Below, piece by piece: positions 13,001 through 26,370 of a stretch of DNA of 64,000 nucleotides. Location of the stretch: positions 2,854,001 to 2,918,000 of the forward strand of contig CM119371.1 in assembly GCA_051294905.1 (NCBI GenBank), in the 5' to 3' direction. Source of the DNA: Botryllus schlosseri. Its lineage: Eukaryota. The translations under genes and the position numbers were made by a program. The notes under the pieces are model-generated. The model ran no database searches. It was not told where the DNA came from and saw only the letters and a program-made list of their open reading frames with translations. Each line of letters starts with the position of its first letter. Positions within the stretch are counted from its first letter, which is position 1.

Positions 13001-14161
13001 GCAGTTTCATGGCCGGCCACGAGATATTCGTGGCCGGCCACAAAAAAATCTGTGGCCAGTAAGTGGCCACGGGAAAGCTGAGACCCCTACTGACTTGTAC
13101 CATTCAAAGTATGAATCGTTAGAAAAAGCTATCGAGACAAAATCCGCGTGGTGACCAGTAGCATGGAACAAAGATTTTCATGAGGAGGGTGGCGGCCACC
13201 CCATACAATACGATTAAACGCCCGCCGTCTGCGATTGCAAATCATCAGCGCTGTCAAGTAGCGAGTCCGTGATAGCGTGTATATGCCAACTATTTACCAT
13301 TCACCTATACGCGTGGGAATAATTGAATACGCAATTTCGTCGGCGACGACGAACTATGTGCTTAAAACGCCCCAATAATTTGTAATCCGTGATTAGTAAT
13401 CAGACAATCGAAGCAACCTCGTTTACGACGTCAATTTCGACACACTTGCGCTGAGAAACACCATCTTCTCTCTCGACCAGACAAGCGAATTCACGTTCTC
13501 CTTCTCTTAATTAAATTGTATTTGCGCCCATTTTATTTACAAAATAATTCTTGAGTTAGTTCCGCGATAGTCTCTTTAATTAGAGGCTGGAGCGCGAGAA
13601 GGACAGTGCGCTTGTGTATGACTGCGAATTGAAAGTCACTCCTGCGCAAAGTAGGCATATTCATTACTCTAACTAACAAGGCTTTGCCAACTTTTATCGG
13701 GAAATGCAACAATGCAGCTCAAACGTCGTTATAATGAGCAAACAATTGTCGCGATGTCAGACTCGGAACCCCATTATGCTGCACGCAAGTTGAGGAATTA
13801 CTGATTAGATACGCGCTTTCTCGTTTGCTATCATATGTTGAATTACGTTGTCAAATATATTGATGCAACACGATATTCTCGGTGGCGCGAATTCTGAATT
13901 TATTCGATTAGTTTGAACGGGAACCTTTTATGTTCCAAGAAACTTAATTGCTGGATGGACTCCACCAAGCGCAACGATATCGCGGATCGAATTTCAATCC
14001 TTTTATGATATATTTCTATTGATAAGGTCGCGACATGCGCCCATATTGCTCTTGCTGCAGTAACACGTGAATAATTAAAATAGCACAATTTTACGATCAA
14101 ATTCGACTGGCTGATCGGGGCCTACGTGATATTAAACAGCGCGTTGTCGGCATTAAAACCC

Positions 14162-15280
14162 CAGGTGCGTAGCCAGGGAGTTTCTCATTTATAACTAGAA
14201 ATCCCGTCATTTTGAAATGCCAATTCGCTAATTCGTATTATCGATGCTGCGTAATGCAAATTATCGACAATCATTGGTATGCGAAATGGGTCATCGACAT
14301 CTCATGTTTCGGTGGTTTGATTTAGCGCGTTCACATGCAGGCCTGCTACCGTCCGCAGAAATACTTAAGCCAAACAGTAACAATCTTTGAGTGTAATATT
14401 GTTTGTGTTTATGTATCTTCATCTTGATCTGGGTCTGAACAAATTTTGCTCGTTGCCATCGCCGAATCTGGGTATTCAGGTGTGACTAGCGCACCCAGTA
14501 ATTTTAATTATTGCAGATTTGCGACATGTTTTCAATTTCGTTACCAGCGCAACCTTGCCGGCCGATTGTACACTGTACGAGTGTACGTGTACAGTCCGAT
14601 GAAATTGATACTACTATGTATTTCGCACAGCGTACTAACGATCCTTATTAGATGTACAAATTCGACTTCATCGTTAGAAACGTAGCTTTCATCGCGCGCT
14701 CTGAGAAACATAATCTCCTATTGCGATTTGGCGACCAAATATACGTTCACCATTTACAAATCGAAGTGCATTATTTGCATCGATGAGGGCTGCAAGTCGC
14801 GTTCAAAGTATTTTGTGAACCATTTTTGTGATAAATATTCTTGGAGCGCAAAGTTGAACAGTGTTTTATGGTGTGTGCCTGCTAGTTGGGATTTATTCCA
14901 GTGCCCATAATATTAATCCAACAACGAGCTACTCAATCCCAAGTAAAAAGCCATTGTGTTGGCGGTAAGTAATAATTACTGATTGGCCGCGCGCATTTGT
15001 AATCATAATTCTTGTCTCTCTTTCGTGTTCCAGAATTGTCGCGCCATATTACTGCTCAGTGTTCAGTCCAGCGACGAATGCCGAGCGGGCGGCAATCAAT
15101 CACCTAATTTCGCAATAATCACAGCGGAAGATCGGGTCGCGTTTCATTGTACGATACGCGTGCAGTCCGTGTATAGACGAATCGCTAATTGGTCGCGGCA
15201 GCATCAGAATGGTCGTTTCAAAAGGACGGGGTTTTGCGTTTCAAAAGGACGGGGTTTCGACATCCCCTGGCTACTCACCT
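14162..15280. mobile_element. Non-autonomous TIR element
   Basis: caggtgcgtagccaggg ... ccctggctactcacctg; no TSD seen. Confidence 0.6.
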
Positions 15281-16107
15281 GCCGCCACCACATGCAAAAA
15301 TAAAATTTGGTGCCTATGCAACCATATATGGGTGAATTAGCGGTGAAAGTTTTCGGCCGTACATCAACATCACGGGCTCACTGCCGAATTGCCCGAGTTA
15401 TTATTCATTGTTTAGTTGTCACAATCCCAAATGTTATCATATTTGATTTGGCAAAGATTCTCATCCACTTCGTCGCTGTGCTCACAGCGTATTTACAATA
15501 AAAAGACCCGTTCAAGGTCCAATCGAAGGAAGAGGTTGAAAAAAGCGAGGCAGATCGGACACTGACATTAGACTGATTGGTCTGCCAGACTGAGAGACTT
15601 CAACTGACCGTTTCGACACCCGCTGGCAACTGTTTATCGCATTGTAAGCTACCTAGTTTGTTTTGAGCGGATAAAATAATAGAACCACCGATTATGTCAC
15701 ACTCAGAATTTGGATCCCCTAATTTTTTGTCATACGTCGACTTGTTTATTACTAGCGCACCCCTGAGCAGTCCGGCAACGGTTGCGGACCGGTTCTGGCG
15801 TAGTGAATGCGACTCAGTTTACACGAGTCATAAATTTGTTATATATCACATACAAGTACCGAGAGCTGTACTTTTTCAGAAAATTTCCGACAAACAAAGC
15901 TATGTGGTATCATGAGATTTATATTGCATCCAAGCTTAGAAAGGCTACTTCGCTATAATAAAGTATGGTTCCGCCTTATAGTTCGAGATTGATGTAAAAT
16001 AATGGGCAGGAAAGCTGCGAGTAGAGGAGTCCCACGAAGAAAAAAAACTACAAATCGTCACTATACTTTGTTATTTTGCACAAATGAAATTTTAATACAT
16101 GCTATAC

Positions 16108-16742
16108 CAGTAGTCGGGAACCATATTGACCCAATATTTTCAAATGTGACTCCCAAAGAGCCATAAATGTCTCTAAATATTGATCGACTTCTCCAGTATT
16201 CGACTAACAAAACGTTGTGCTACACACCTACATTTTAACGGCGGTATACTAGAAAGCTATAACCCACCAATCAAGAACATGGATAGCTATGGTGTTGTTT
16301 TTAATTTGAATTTCTAGTTGTGAATGTCACTTTCAAGGCAGTTCATTCCTCGGATCAGGAAAAAAAGTGTATTTGATAACTGCATTGTCATACAAGCGTC
16401 GCCATGCCTGCTATTTTTCCATGATCAATCAAGGTATCGTGCAATCCAAAATTTCGATGCGCACGATGTCGGGTCGATCGAATGCGCGAGCGATGTTATA
16501 GTTACAGGTGCGTCAGCAACTTAAAAAATTGAGGATTTTGATAAGGGGATACAAGTCCCTAACCCTGGATTCCCCACTGTATTGACCTCTCAAGGGAATG
16601 TTTAGGCTACCACGAGAATAATTATTCGGGCCGTTATGAAAATTTACTAACAAGTTGCTGCAATATCGATAAATTTATTACAAAATTAAAAATTTAATAA
16701 AGAGCCATATATGGCTCGCGAGCCATAGGTTCCCGACCACTG
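16108..16742. mobile_element. hAT (Charlie/Buster-type) MITE
   Basis: cagtagtcgggaacc / ggttcccgaccactg; flanks tgctatac/ttctataa (6 of 8 match, central TA). Confidence 0.75.
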
Positions 16743-17613
16743 TTCTATAAATGACCTTTACCAAACTTTAGTTTAACAAACTTTCATATACCTTCGTCGC
16801 TATATTCAGATACGAGCATCACAAGTTATCCAACCTAGCAGAAACCCTAACAACGGACAAGTGCCAGCGTAAGACTATATATATTAAAAAAAACTCACAT
16901 CGCTAAGCCCGATTTCCTGTGCGACTATCGATTCGACATGTCTGCATTTCGTTATATAATGTGGACGAGCTTGCAATTGCTTCCCTTCTCACAGTATACT
17001 GTTCGTTTCGCGAACTGGGTAATTTCATTGTATTGCTTTGCATTTACTGAAACTTACGAAGCGCCTTGCTAGCGCAGCATTGTTCCAAATATAAACCCTA
17101 TTGAACAGATTCATGACGAATCTTCCTAACTCACATATAGACGGTACAACGGGATGAGATAAGCCACTCACAAATTTATTACATATTGGATAGTAAATGC
17201 AGAATTGTTATGGTGAGTGGTATATAACTATAAATAAAAATGTGTCCGTAGGGCCGACAATGAAGGGTGCTTTCCATACTGAGATAGGATTAATCAGAAT
17301 GAAATTATGAATGAATGAAATGTTGACATCGTGGTGTAAAAGATTCAAACAATATTAGGCCTAATTCGAATTACTAATTGCAAGGACGAGAGTATTCGTT
17401 GCCGACCATATTTTTATTGAAGGTTTTGGCCAACCATAGCAACGATTATGGCCACAGTTTTATCGCATTTACCCTGCGTTTTAGCAGCTAATTTTGGCCG
17501 CATCCACAGGCCAAAACTTTATGTCTATATGTGTCCAGGCGCACTGATTAAATTGCCAGGTTACCCTCGAACACGCTGCACACCAACTTTGGTTCAATTC
17601 TAACATGTATTAG

Positions 17614-18470
17614 CAGGGTTGTAACCAAGTCACATGGTTCCGAGTCACGAGTCAATCTTACTTTTGTCGTTTTGACTCGAGTCAAGTCGAATCATTTTCA
17701 ATTCATCACCGACTCGAGTCCGAGTCCAAGTCACCGTTTAAAGGCTCAAGTCCGAGTCCTAGTGTTATGACTCGAGTCCGAGTCCAAGTCACAGTATTGA
17801 AGTCATGTTCAACTTATGTTTTCAATCATGCTTGGGTGATATCGAATTCCTTCCTTGCTTGATTATTTTGACCGATTCGGAGTCTTGGCATATGTTTATT
17901 TAGGCAGATAACGGACAGTTCCTGGCCTCATTTACTGATGCTACAGATAGACGAGACGAGCCGCCAATATGATAACTTTACTAATCTTAGAACTTTAAAT
18001 CAAATATCTGTCTGGTCAGTCTGATACATCACAAATACAAGCATTGAGCTTTTATTACGAGCACATCGACGACAGCTGACAAATATCATAAAGAGAACCA
18101 ACGAATTCACGTTTACATACTATCTGATAGAGAACCAACGAATTCACATCTAGATACCAGCTGATAGAAAATCAACAGATGCATGTTTATGCAGAGGTAC
18201 AATTATTTTTTACATTATCAAGTGGTTGACTAAAAAATTGGTCAACTTTTCTGTTCAGCTCGAGAAATAGCCGCCGGGGAGATTTACTGTAGGCTTATCT
18301 TAGTCGAATTAGCGCTACATTTACCAAAAATTCTCAAAAAAGGACAAAATCTCAAATAGGAGGCTACTTAAAATTGTTATATTGCCTAAAAGAACTTAAA
18401 TTTGGCTCAATTCCAACCAGTAGAAAGCAATGCTATGAGAGAAAATTTTGGATTAATTACAAATAGAGAC
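17614..18470 (-). mobile_element. Truncated inverted copy of the right arm of the 21190-26939 hAT element
   Basis: Starts cagggttgtaaccaagtcacatgg. Reverse-complement match to 26939-26371 and, after skipping two insertions, to 24630-24330. Confidence 0.88.
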
Positions 18471-21400
18471 TGTCGAATCTGTGTAAAATTCATACTTGAC
18501 TTTAGTCACGATTCATTCCTAATGTGTTGTTAAAAGTAACCTAAAAAATGCACAGTCAAAGCCGAATGGTTTTGCTTTCCATTTATTATAGACTGCCGAG
18601 CAGTGCGGCAACTGTCGCAGCCCGAATCCACGAAGACGGTAAAGCTTTGGGCATTTTGAAGAGATTTGAACCACTTGGATTTTTCCTCGCAGTTCGGGCG
18701 ATTTATTGTCGCCAAATTCTTCCATTATCGACCATCCCAGAGAAAAATACGTTTACATTATGCAGAAGAATCCGCTAGTATTCGCAATCATGAGCAAACG
18801 ACGATCCTAATATCATAGCCTTTATAAAGGCTACGCTAATATCGCTAGAGGCCGTTGAATATCTCAGTTTAAGGGCGTGCGACCCGCGTGTGCATGATCC
18901 TTAGGATACAGTATTTTTGTGCCAACCAGAAAAAAAAAACAAATGTGACTGCTGCAGTGCTGCATGTTCATCGAAAGGTTCAATATATATATGTCAATTG
19001 TAAGGAGGCCGGCGTTAAACAATCCTACACTTGCAGTCAGTGGCGTAGGAGCATATGCTGCGGCTTTCGTTAAAAATGCCGCCCTAAGATTGCAGCAAAT
19101 TTTGAAATAGTTTCATATTCAAGCAATATTTTTAATAGGAGTAATTACAAATAATATTACGCGTCTTGGATGTCTCTCACTGTCTCAGCGTTGAGGCCAA
19201 ATATAAAAGACAAAAATGGAGAACAACCGTATTCGACAAATAAAAGATCAATAGACACCCCAGAATTGAGCTTTTTGGTCTTTCGCCGAAGCAAAATCAG
19301 CGATATTGTCTTCAAAATCATATTTTTGAACGTAGCCTCTTTTTATAGAAAGTATCGATAAAGCTGAAAGCCCTAAATGTGACTTTATCATTTTGAGCTT
19401 TGAGAAATTCCTCTTGCTTGTAACAGCTTGCAATTGAAACACCAATTGTAAGATAAAGTTTCAGACTCATGCATATATACGGTGTCGAATCAAGTATAGG
19501 TGAGGTTTTGCTAATCACTGTAGAACATCGAACGCTGTTGCATAACGATCAGACGGGGTTTCACTGCTTTGTACCAGCCTCTAAAATCCGACAATCCTTA
19601 TTTTCGATACTGTTGCGCGTGACCCAGAGCCAGAACCGCCAAATGGCTACTACACCACGGCTTGCAGTACGAGTCCCAGAGTACAAATGTGACAACAAAG
19701 GAAAATGATGCACAGCCTATCATGAAAAAATAGCAATTTGGATACATATGTGCTTCTCACGTAAGAATTCTTACGATAAGTTTGAGTCGTTTGGCGATCC
19801 AAATATTCTCTGACTATAACGACAACCCCAACAAAACGAACGAAACATAAACAAAAAAGTAGTTATTAACAATGGGCCCGAAGTTTTGCAATTATAAATT
19901 ACATGTTGCTCTAAATTTACTGCGCATAGTATGCCGATTATACCGTCGTATAAATCAGAGGCTGTGGGGCGTCACCCCTCGTGTGCTTGGTTGGTCACTA
20001 TTTGGAGGCTTCATGAAGAAGTGCTGTTTAGTTGTTGTTGAAAAGTATTTATATTTCAGCGCCGTTAGTAACTCAATGTGCGTGACTGGTCATATAATGC
20101 ATTCGATTCTGCAATTTTAAATAAACTCAAATTTTAATATTCTATTTACAGCCATCATTTATCAAATTATGCTCAGCTGAATAGAGCAAATAATTTTTTG
20201 AATGTTGGAGACAACAATAAGTTGTGCTGATGTTATCTTTACAAAATAACAGAAGGAAGGCTACTTTAACACAGTAACATGTTTGCTGAATCGTATTTAA
20301 ACCTAATATGGCTTTGATGCTGTCTTGTCACCACCGTGTGTCATGAAGTTAAATCAACAGAAGTATAAGCAAATCTACGAACAGATTAAAATTACCATCC
20401 GGTTTTAAGAATCGGCATAACCGAATTTTATCCAGAATAGTGGCAAATGCCATAGGTTTGGAACGCAGCTGCTCCGTTGTGTTGAAAGAATTGATGAATA
20501 ACGAAGTTAAATCCGTAACAAAATGGCAGCAAAATTCACACCCACTCTATTTGTGTAATTCCCTAATATCCCGATCGGTTAGTCAATTCTAAGACATAAC
20601 ATAAATTCGCCCAACTTGTTGCAATGCTACGCTCAGTGTCGTCATACGTCGATCTCATCCCAGCAGGCAGTTTTGTCAACAGTCGCGCCGCTCTTTAGCT
20701 AGAGGGTAACTCCTCCATCAAGGTGGCCCAAACAGAGTTACCCGGCTCGCGATGTGCCAGTCTTTGCCGATTCGGCGCAGACGTTATAGCTTGTAGGTAC
20801 CAGACGTCGAGGACCGACAACCGCCAGCATTAGCTTCAATAAACATCTCATTGTTTGGCATATCAATTGACCGCAACATGTTACGTTACAGATTGTAGTA
20901 CCTGGTGCGCGAAGTGCATCACACCTAGATCCCGCATGATACACTTTACATGCATGCGCTACTTACTCAAGTGGCTACGTTTTTCAACTACTTTCACTTC
21001 TCCAGGCAACACCAAATAGGCTACTTATCTCACTTTTGGATCTCGGAAAGCAGAGTAGTTTTAAAATAAGCTCGCATCACTTCTAATGGTGAAATAGTTT
21101 AATATGACCGCGAAATAGACACTACGATAACTGAATATCATCCGACGATTGCACCTATACTTGTGGTGATATTTCGCATATACTAGGGTCAGGGTTGTAA
21201 TGACTCGAGTCATGACTCGACTCGAGTCAGACTCGAGTCACGATTTTTTTGTGACTCGACTTGACTCGAGTCATTTTCTTGAAATGGGAGAATGACTCGA
21301 CTCGACTCGAGTCAATATTTGGATTGACTCGACTTGTACTCGAGTCATTACGCATGACTCGACTCAAGTCATTGACTCGGCTTATTTTATATGACTTGAA

Positions 21401-21719
21401 GGTGAAGAAATTTGCGAATTACAATGGTTAGATCAACGCATGTGACGAATTCTGTCGACATCGCTATTTGTCACCACTGCTTTCGTTGCACTCGTATGAT
21501 ATCAGATATGCCGCCGTAAAAACAAAAGACAATGGTACATAGTAGCAAAAAGCAATGCTTTGTACAGAATAATCCCGTGGTGAAGAGGTAATAGTACTCA
21601 AGACTTTTCAATTATACAAGCAAAAAATCGAAGCAAAGTCCAATTAGAGCCAATGAAATGACTCAGATGGTCAAGTAGCCTACTTGGAAGAGACTGATGA
21701 TAAGCTCATGTGTAGATTT

Positions 21720-21925
21720 GAAGGCGATGATTCTTTGTATTTTTGGGCGTCTAGAATGGATGAGTATCTATAATGCTCTTCGGTGTGGTTCAAAATTGCT
21801 TTTCAATTCCTGCATCTAATGCACCAGTGGAACGTGTATCCAGTGGATGTGGATTATTATAAGGCCATGCCGCCTCAACATATATGAGAATCTCCTTTCC
21901 ACTTTAGTATTTTTCAAGTATAACT
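21720..21925 (+). pseudogene. hAT transposase C-terminal dimerisation-domain remnant
   Basis: Frameshifted translation DDSLYFWASRMDEY..SIPASNAPVERVSSGCG/IIIRPCRLNIYENLLSTLVFFKYN matches the hATC motif (FW....YP.L...A...LSIPASSA.VER.FS..G......R..L....L..L.FLK.N). Confidence 0.88.
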
Positions 21926-21955
21926 CATTGATTTGATCTGCTGTCTGTGAAAAAC

Positions 21956-23887
21956 CAGGGCTGTGGAGTCGGTAAATTTTACCACCAACTCCGGCTCCGA
22001 CTCCGACTTCACACATTTTCAATATACCGACTACGACTCCGACTCCGACTCCTGAGTCTTCCAATGTACCGACTCCGACTCCGACTCCGACTCCTGGGTC
22101 TTTAAACGTACCGACTCCGACTCCGACTCCCGACTCCGACTCCGGCATTATTACCAATTTACTTCGAAAATTATATGCCACATTGTCGGTTGAATGACTA
22201 TCATACAACCATTAAACATATGCAAACATCTGATTAACTGTGGCATGCTAAATTGTTTCATTGTGGCACAGCTCGAATTATCCACTATGCAATTAACATG
22301 AAATAAAGATTTGCTACATATCCTTCCTTATTCAAGTTTTTATAACATGGACTCTCTAATATCCTGAAATGTATGAATCATTCAAATATGGCAGATCTCC
22401 AATCCTGTATAATAAAAATGTAGATAAAAAATCCAAGTGTAGCTCTTGTGTATGACTCAACAACTGATAAAGGAATAGAACTTACTAATTTTGTCATTGC
22501 ACACTATCCTGATTACAAGCACAAACACTCTTACTACTAATAATAGACATTGGTCATAAATGGAATTTATTTAAGTAGTCAAAGACCATAGCCTACGTCT
22601 AGTCTACATGTACTTAATCAAAGTATTCAAGGATTGGGACTGCAGTCTTTCTTAATCATTTGTTCGACCCAAACAGCTAAGCTACACTACAAATATTTTT
22701 TAATTTTGTCAAGTGGGAAGCATCGTTTGGTCATATTTACATCATTTTTACAATTTTGCAAAACCAGCCGATGCAGCTGAGTTGTAATTTGCAAGTAATG
22801 TCTAATTTTATCTATATCAGACGTGGGCAACTTTTTCGGTGAAAGGGACACCTGAGATTTACGAACCATTGCGCGGGCAACTGGAATGTTGATAACCTTT
22901 TTTTAGTCGTCGATAGGAGCGAACCGAATTAGGGAACATTGCGAACAAGACTTATATTAAAACGCTCTAAAATTGATAACAATATGTCATGCAACTGTGC
23001 AGTGCGCAATCAGGCCCTGTTCGCGCGAGGCGCGAGATTTTTTTGCAAGATAACGACTGAATTAGGCTATAGCTAATAGCTATATCAATGAATATGTCGC
23101 TAACATACATTGGGGGTCGCATCTGTATACCACTGGGCTCATTTGGCAAGGACATGATTATTCGACGTTTAGACATAGCAAAAGCGACGGTATCAGTAAA
23201 CATGCCTCTATCATTTTGTGCAAATATTTTGTCGACGATCTCGCTGCGAGTGCACAAGCGAAGCCGTATCTCCTAATTGCGAATATAGTTAGACTCAATT
23301 CTGTGAATAATAGGTATTTATAATTGTCAGAAGGAGGCTCAAATACTGAATGCAAGAAATCTAGTGACAATGAATCATGCGAAGTACCGAGAAAAATTTC
23401 AAGTCAAATAAATCTGCTATGAAATATTCTACTTCATGGTCATATACGAAGATCTGGGATAAATGTGGCTTACCCTTGGATGCGTCAATGCGTCAGAACT
23501 GTTGTTTTAGTCATCATCAAATTTCGCGGTCATGAAAATCAAATTTTGGTTGGCCTTGCAATTGTACCTGATGTCATAAATAATTTCGAGAATTACCTCG
23601 CAGGTCACACCTAACCTTATCGTGTGCCAAATTGGGCCTGCGTGCCACGGGCTGGCCGCACCTGATCTTTATGGTTAATAATAACAGTGATTGGTGGTAC
23701 ATAAGAAATCCATTGAAAATTCTCTGAAAGCAAATGTTTTCATGATAGAGAAGTTGGAGTCGGAGTCGGAGTCGCAGTCATAGTCATTCTCACAAACTCC
23801 GACTCCGACTCCAGTCAGTATTTTCCCACCGACTCCGACTCCAGCTATTATAGTTTTCACGACTCCGACTCCGACTCCACAGCCCTG
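21956..23887. mobile_element. hAT-type element with (GACTCC)n subterminal arrays
   Basis: cagggctgtggagtcgg / ccgactccacagccctg; TSD gtgaaaa(a)c/gtgaaaac. The hexamer arrays generate the spurious GVGVGV and SRSR ORFs. Confidence 0.88.
22818..23664. mobile_element. hAT MITE nested in 21956-23887
   Basis: cagacgtgggcaac / gctggccgcacctg (degenerate); TSD atctatat/atctttat. Confidence 0.7.
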
Positions 23888-24631
23888 GTGAAAACACACA
23901 ATATCCTCCGTCCATTTGACGTTTTGTTAGATATGTGCATTGTGCACGTGAGTAATAATGAATGGCTAATGTTGTGTGAGGTTTGTACAATAGGGCCGAT
24001 CAAAAATAACTTGTTTTTTATTCTACATGGTGGCTACTTGATAAAATTGTTACGCTGCATAAAAAGAACACTGAACCTGGCTTAATTTTAAATAGTAGAA
24101 TCAATGATATGAGAGGAGAAAATATTGGATTTGAAAATACATGGAGTATTTTTAGTGAGAAATGATTTCATATAATATAATTACATACTAGTAGTAAGTC
24201 GACTATTTTTTCATATTCAAAATGTTCCACTCTAATAACTTCGCTTCTTCTAGTTGGAATTGAGCCAAATTTGCTATGAATCATACTTTTACAAAATCTA
24301 ACAATATCATGAGGTAGCCGGTAAAATTCGAAAGTCTCTATTTGTAATTAATTCAAAATATTTTCTCTTAGCATTGCTTTCTACTGGTTGGAATTAAGCC
24401 AAATCTAAGTTCTTTCAGATAATCTAACAATTTTAAGAAGTAGCGTCCTTTTCAAGATTCTGCCCTCAGTTTTGAGAATTTTTGGTAAATGTAGGGAAAA
24501 TTCGACTAAGATAACAGTGAATCAGCACTAAAGTAACGCTACGACGACTACTTCGGGAGCTGAGCAGGAAAGTTGACATTTTTCTGGTCAACCACCTGAT
24601 TTAATGTGAAAGCAAAACCGTACCTCTACAT

Positions 24632-25832
24632 CAGGGGTTCTCAATCTGCGGCCCGCAGACGATTATTTTGCGGCCCGCGACATATTTCATTATGAACGCA
24701 ATTACTACTTGTACACATTGCTATGGAAGACCGATGTGTCATAAATGTCGAAGAGCAGTTGTTGTAACGAAGCGTAGAAGCTTAGAATGGTACCACGATC
24801 GTTTCTTCAGGAGTTATACATATGGCGTCATCTTAAAGAAAACGTTGCTAGTTAGGTGTCGAGCTCAGCAATCCACATTTCGAGGCATTGTTAAAATTGC
24901 CGCCGCCGACGTTACAGACGGATTGTTCAAAATTGCTTGGAATATCGCTAAACCCAATAATCTGCTAGAGAAGATGTGACTTCAATAGAACCTTAAGGTA
25001 CTGTGCATATAATTCGCTGTTTCTGGAATTTAGCAGGAGGGCCAACATCACCTGACAAATTTCGAAGCTACAGTTGTCTGATTCAACCGTCACCAGAAGA
25101 GTAACAGCAATGTCAGTCGAATTTTTATCGCATATTCTTGAATAGGTTGACACGTAGACCACTTTAGCCTAGCATTGGGCGAATCCACCCGCGGCTTCAC
25201 ACACATTGCACAGCTAATTATCCAGGTGCATTTTATTAGACTGGATATATTTACGGAGGAAATGCTGACGGGGTAAACGTGGGAAGGGTACCAATGAAAA
25301 ACATCAGCTTGATAAAGCTGACTTCTGTAACTATTAGTGCAGGGCATCAGCCATGGAAGGAGAGGAGAAGGGCTTATTGGTTTGCTTAGAAATGGGCCCG
25401 AACGCCTGACTTCTTCTCATATCACTGAGAGCTGAAAGTTATAATGCCCTCTATAACGAATAAGTTACCGTAAGTTTATACTTGCTCGCACACGCATTGA
25501 AACAGAGAGTTCGGTTCTCTGATGGAAGGGTTTGGAGGTGCATATACCGACTTGGCAACGAATACAATGCACGCTACATTAAGGGATTTACTTGCGCCGT
25601 TGGAAGATATATATTCTCACAAAAAAAAGCAACCGTAAACTTACGAACGCTGTTCATTATTGCTTTTAAATGCATAAAAATGTACTAAATGCCCGTATAA
25701 GACCGGTATATAGCCTACAGTAGCCTAAATTTAATAGTAGCCCACAAATACATAGTGATAATGTTCTGCGGCCCGCAGCGTCTTTTGCTGGTAAAATGCG
25801 GCCCGTTATACGAAGGAAGTTGAGAACCCCTG
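24632..25832 (+). mobile_element. hAT (Buster/Charlie) deletion derivative
   Basis: caggggttctcaa / ttgagaacccctg; GCGGCCCGC subterminal motifs; TSD ctctacat/ctctacgt. Confidence 0.92.
24840..25270 (+). pseudogene. Buster/GTF2IRD2-like hAT transposase remnant (region up to the first catalytic Asp)
   Basis: Fragments AQQSTFRGIVK..DVTDGLFKIAWNIAK, ISKLQLSDSTVTRRVTAMS and HFSLALGEST..HIAQLII.V.FI....FTEEML correspond to Buster motifs (ASF.IAW.IAK; LS..TV.RRI..MS; FSLALDESTD...AQL). The D of DEST is G here; stops and frameshifts are present. Confidence 0.88.
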
Positions 25833-25853
25833 CTCTACGTAAACGTTTATTTG

Positions 25854-26370
25854 TAGGGCTGGGCATAATGATTCGAGTACTCGAATCTGAATCGAGTAGT
25901 AATTTTAATGATTCGAGTCGAGTAGTAAAATACGATTTTTTCGAGCACTGAAATTATACGCTCCTCTCGCCGCTGAAAGTTACTTTATCAACAAGAATTA
26001 TAGTTTCGATACTAATTTTCAGAGAGGACGCCTTGAAACCTTGACTGGTCGTACCGTAGCATACAATACATAGTACAAAGCTACAAACGTTACTGGGAAT
26101 AACGCATTTCTGAAGTCATGATCATTCCACAACATTGCCACCCAGTGAAGTGAAATCAGTGTGGTCCAAAAAATACCTAGCTATCTTTAATATGATGGAT
26201 AACGGACATTATATTCTTTGTGGTGGCATAAAAGGTACATATTTGTACTTTGAGATACAATATTCGGTTATGACGTCATAATAAGCGATACTCGATTACT
26301 CGACTCGACTCGAAGCAGAATACGTGATTCAGAATCGAATCACCCGGGTACTCGATTTTGCCTAGCCCTA
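25854..26370. mobile_element. hAT-type MITE (TAGGGCTGGGC TIR, TCGAGTA motifs)
   Basis: tagggctgggca / tgcctagcccta; perfect TSD TTTATTTG. Relatives at about 29786-30670 and 41621-42114. Confidence 0.92.

Larger units (their letters stand above)
8425..13080. mobile_element. 4.7-kb TIR element with arrays of the palindrome TGGCCGGCCA at both ends (probable hAT derivative)
   Basis: Left cagcattcccgtggccacttactggtcac matches the reverse complement of right gtggccagtaagtggccacgggaaagctg. Several GGCCGGCC units lie in each subterminal region. Internal direct duplication at about 10557-10820 / 11157-11410. No clear TSD. Confidence 0.85.

Noticed and set aside
8435..13154. ORFs with WPAM/MAGH repeats; spaced palindromes resembling a CRISPR array
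   Set aside because: The repeats are about 10-bp palindromes with short, mutually similar spacers, lie within matching TIRs, and there are no cas genes; eukaryotic context.
16898..17125. Possible further RRM pseudo-exon on the minus strand (gtgagt donor; GFIF..KALRK..KRTVYCE)
   Set aside because: Similarity is too weak and too disrupted to support without a search.
21816..23990. ORFs with GVGVGV / SRSRSR repeats (elastin-like or SR-like proteins)
   Set aside because: They are translations of the (GACTCC)n subterminal arrays of a TSD-bounded transposon.
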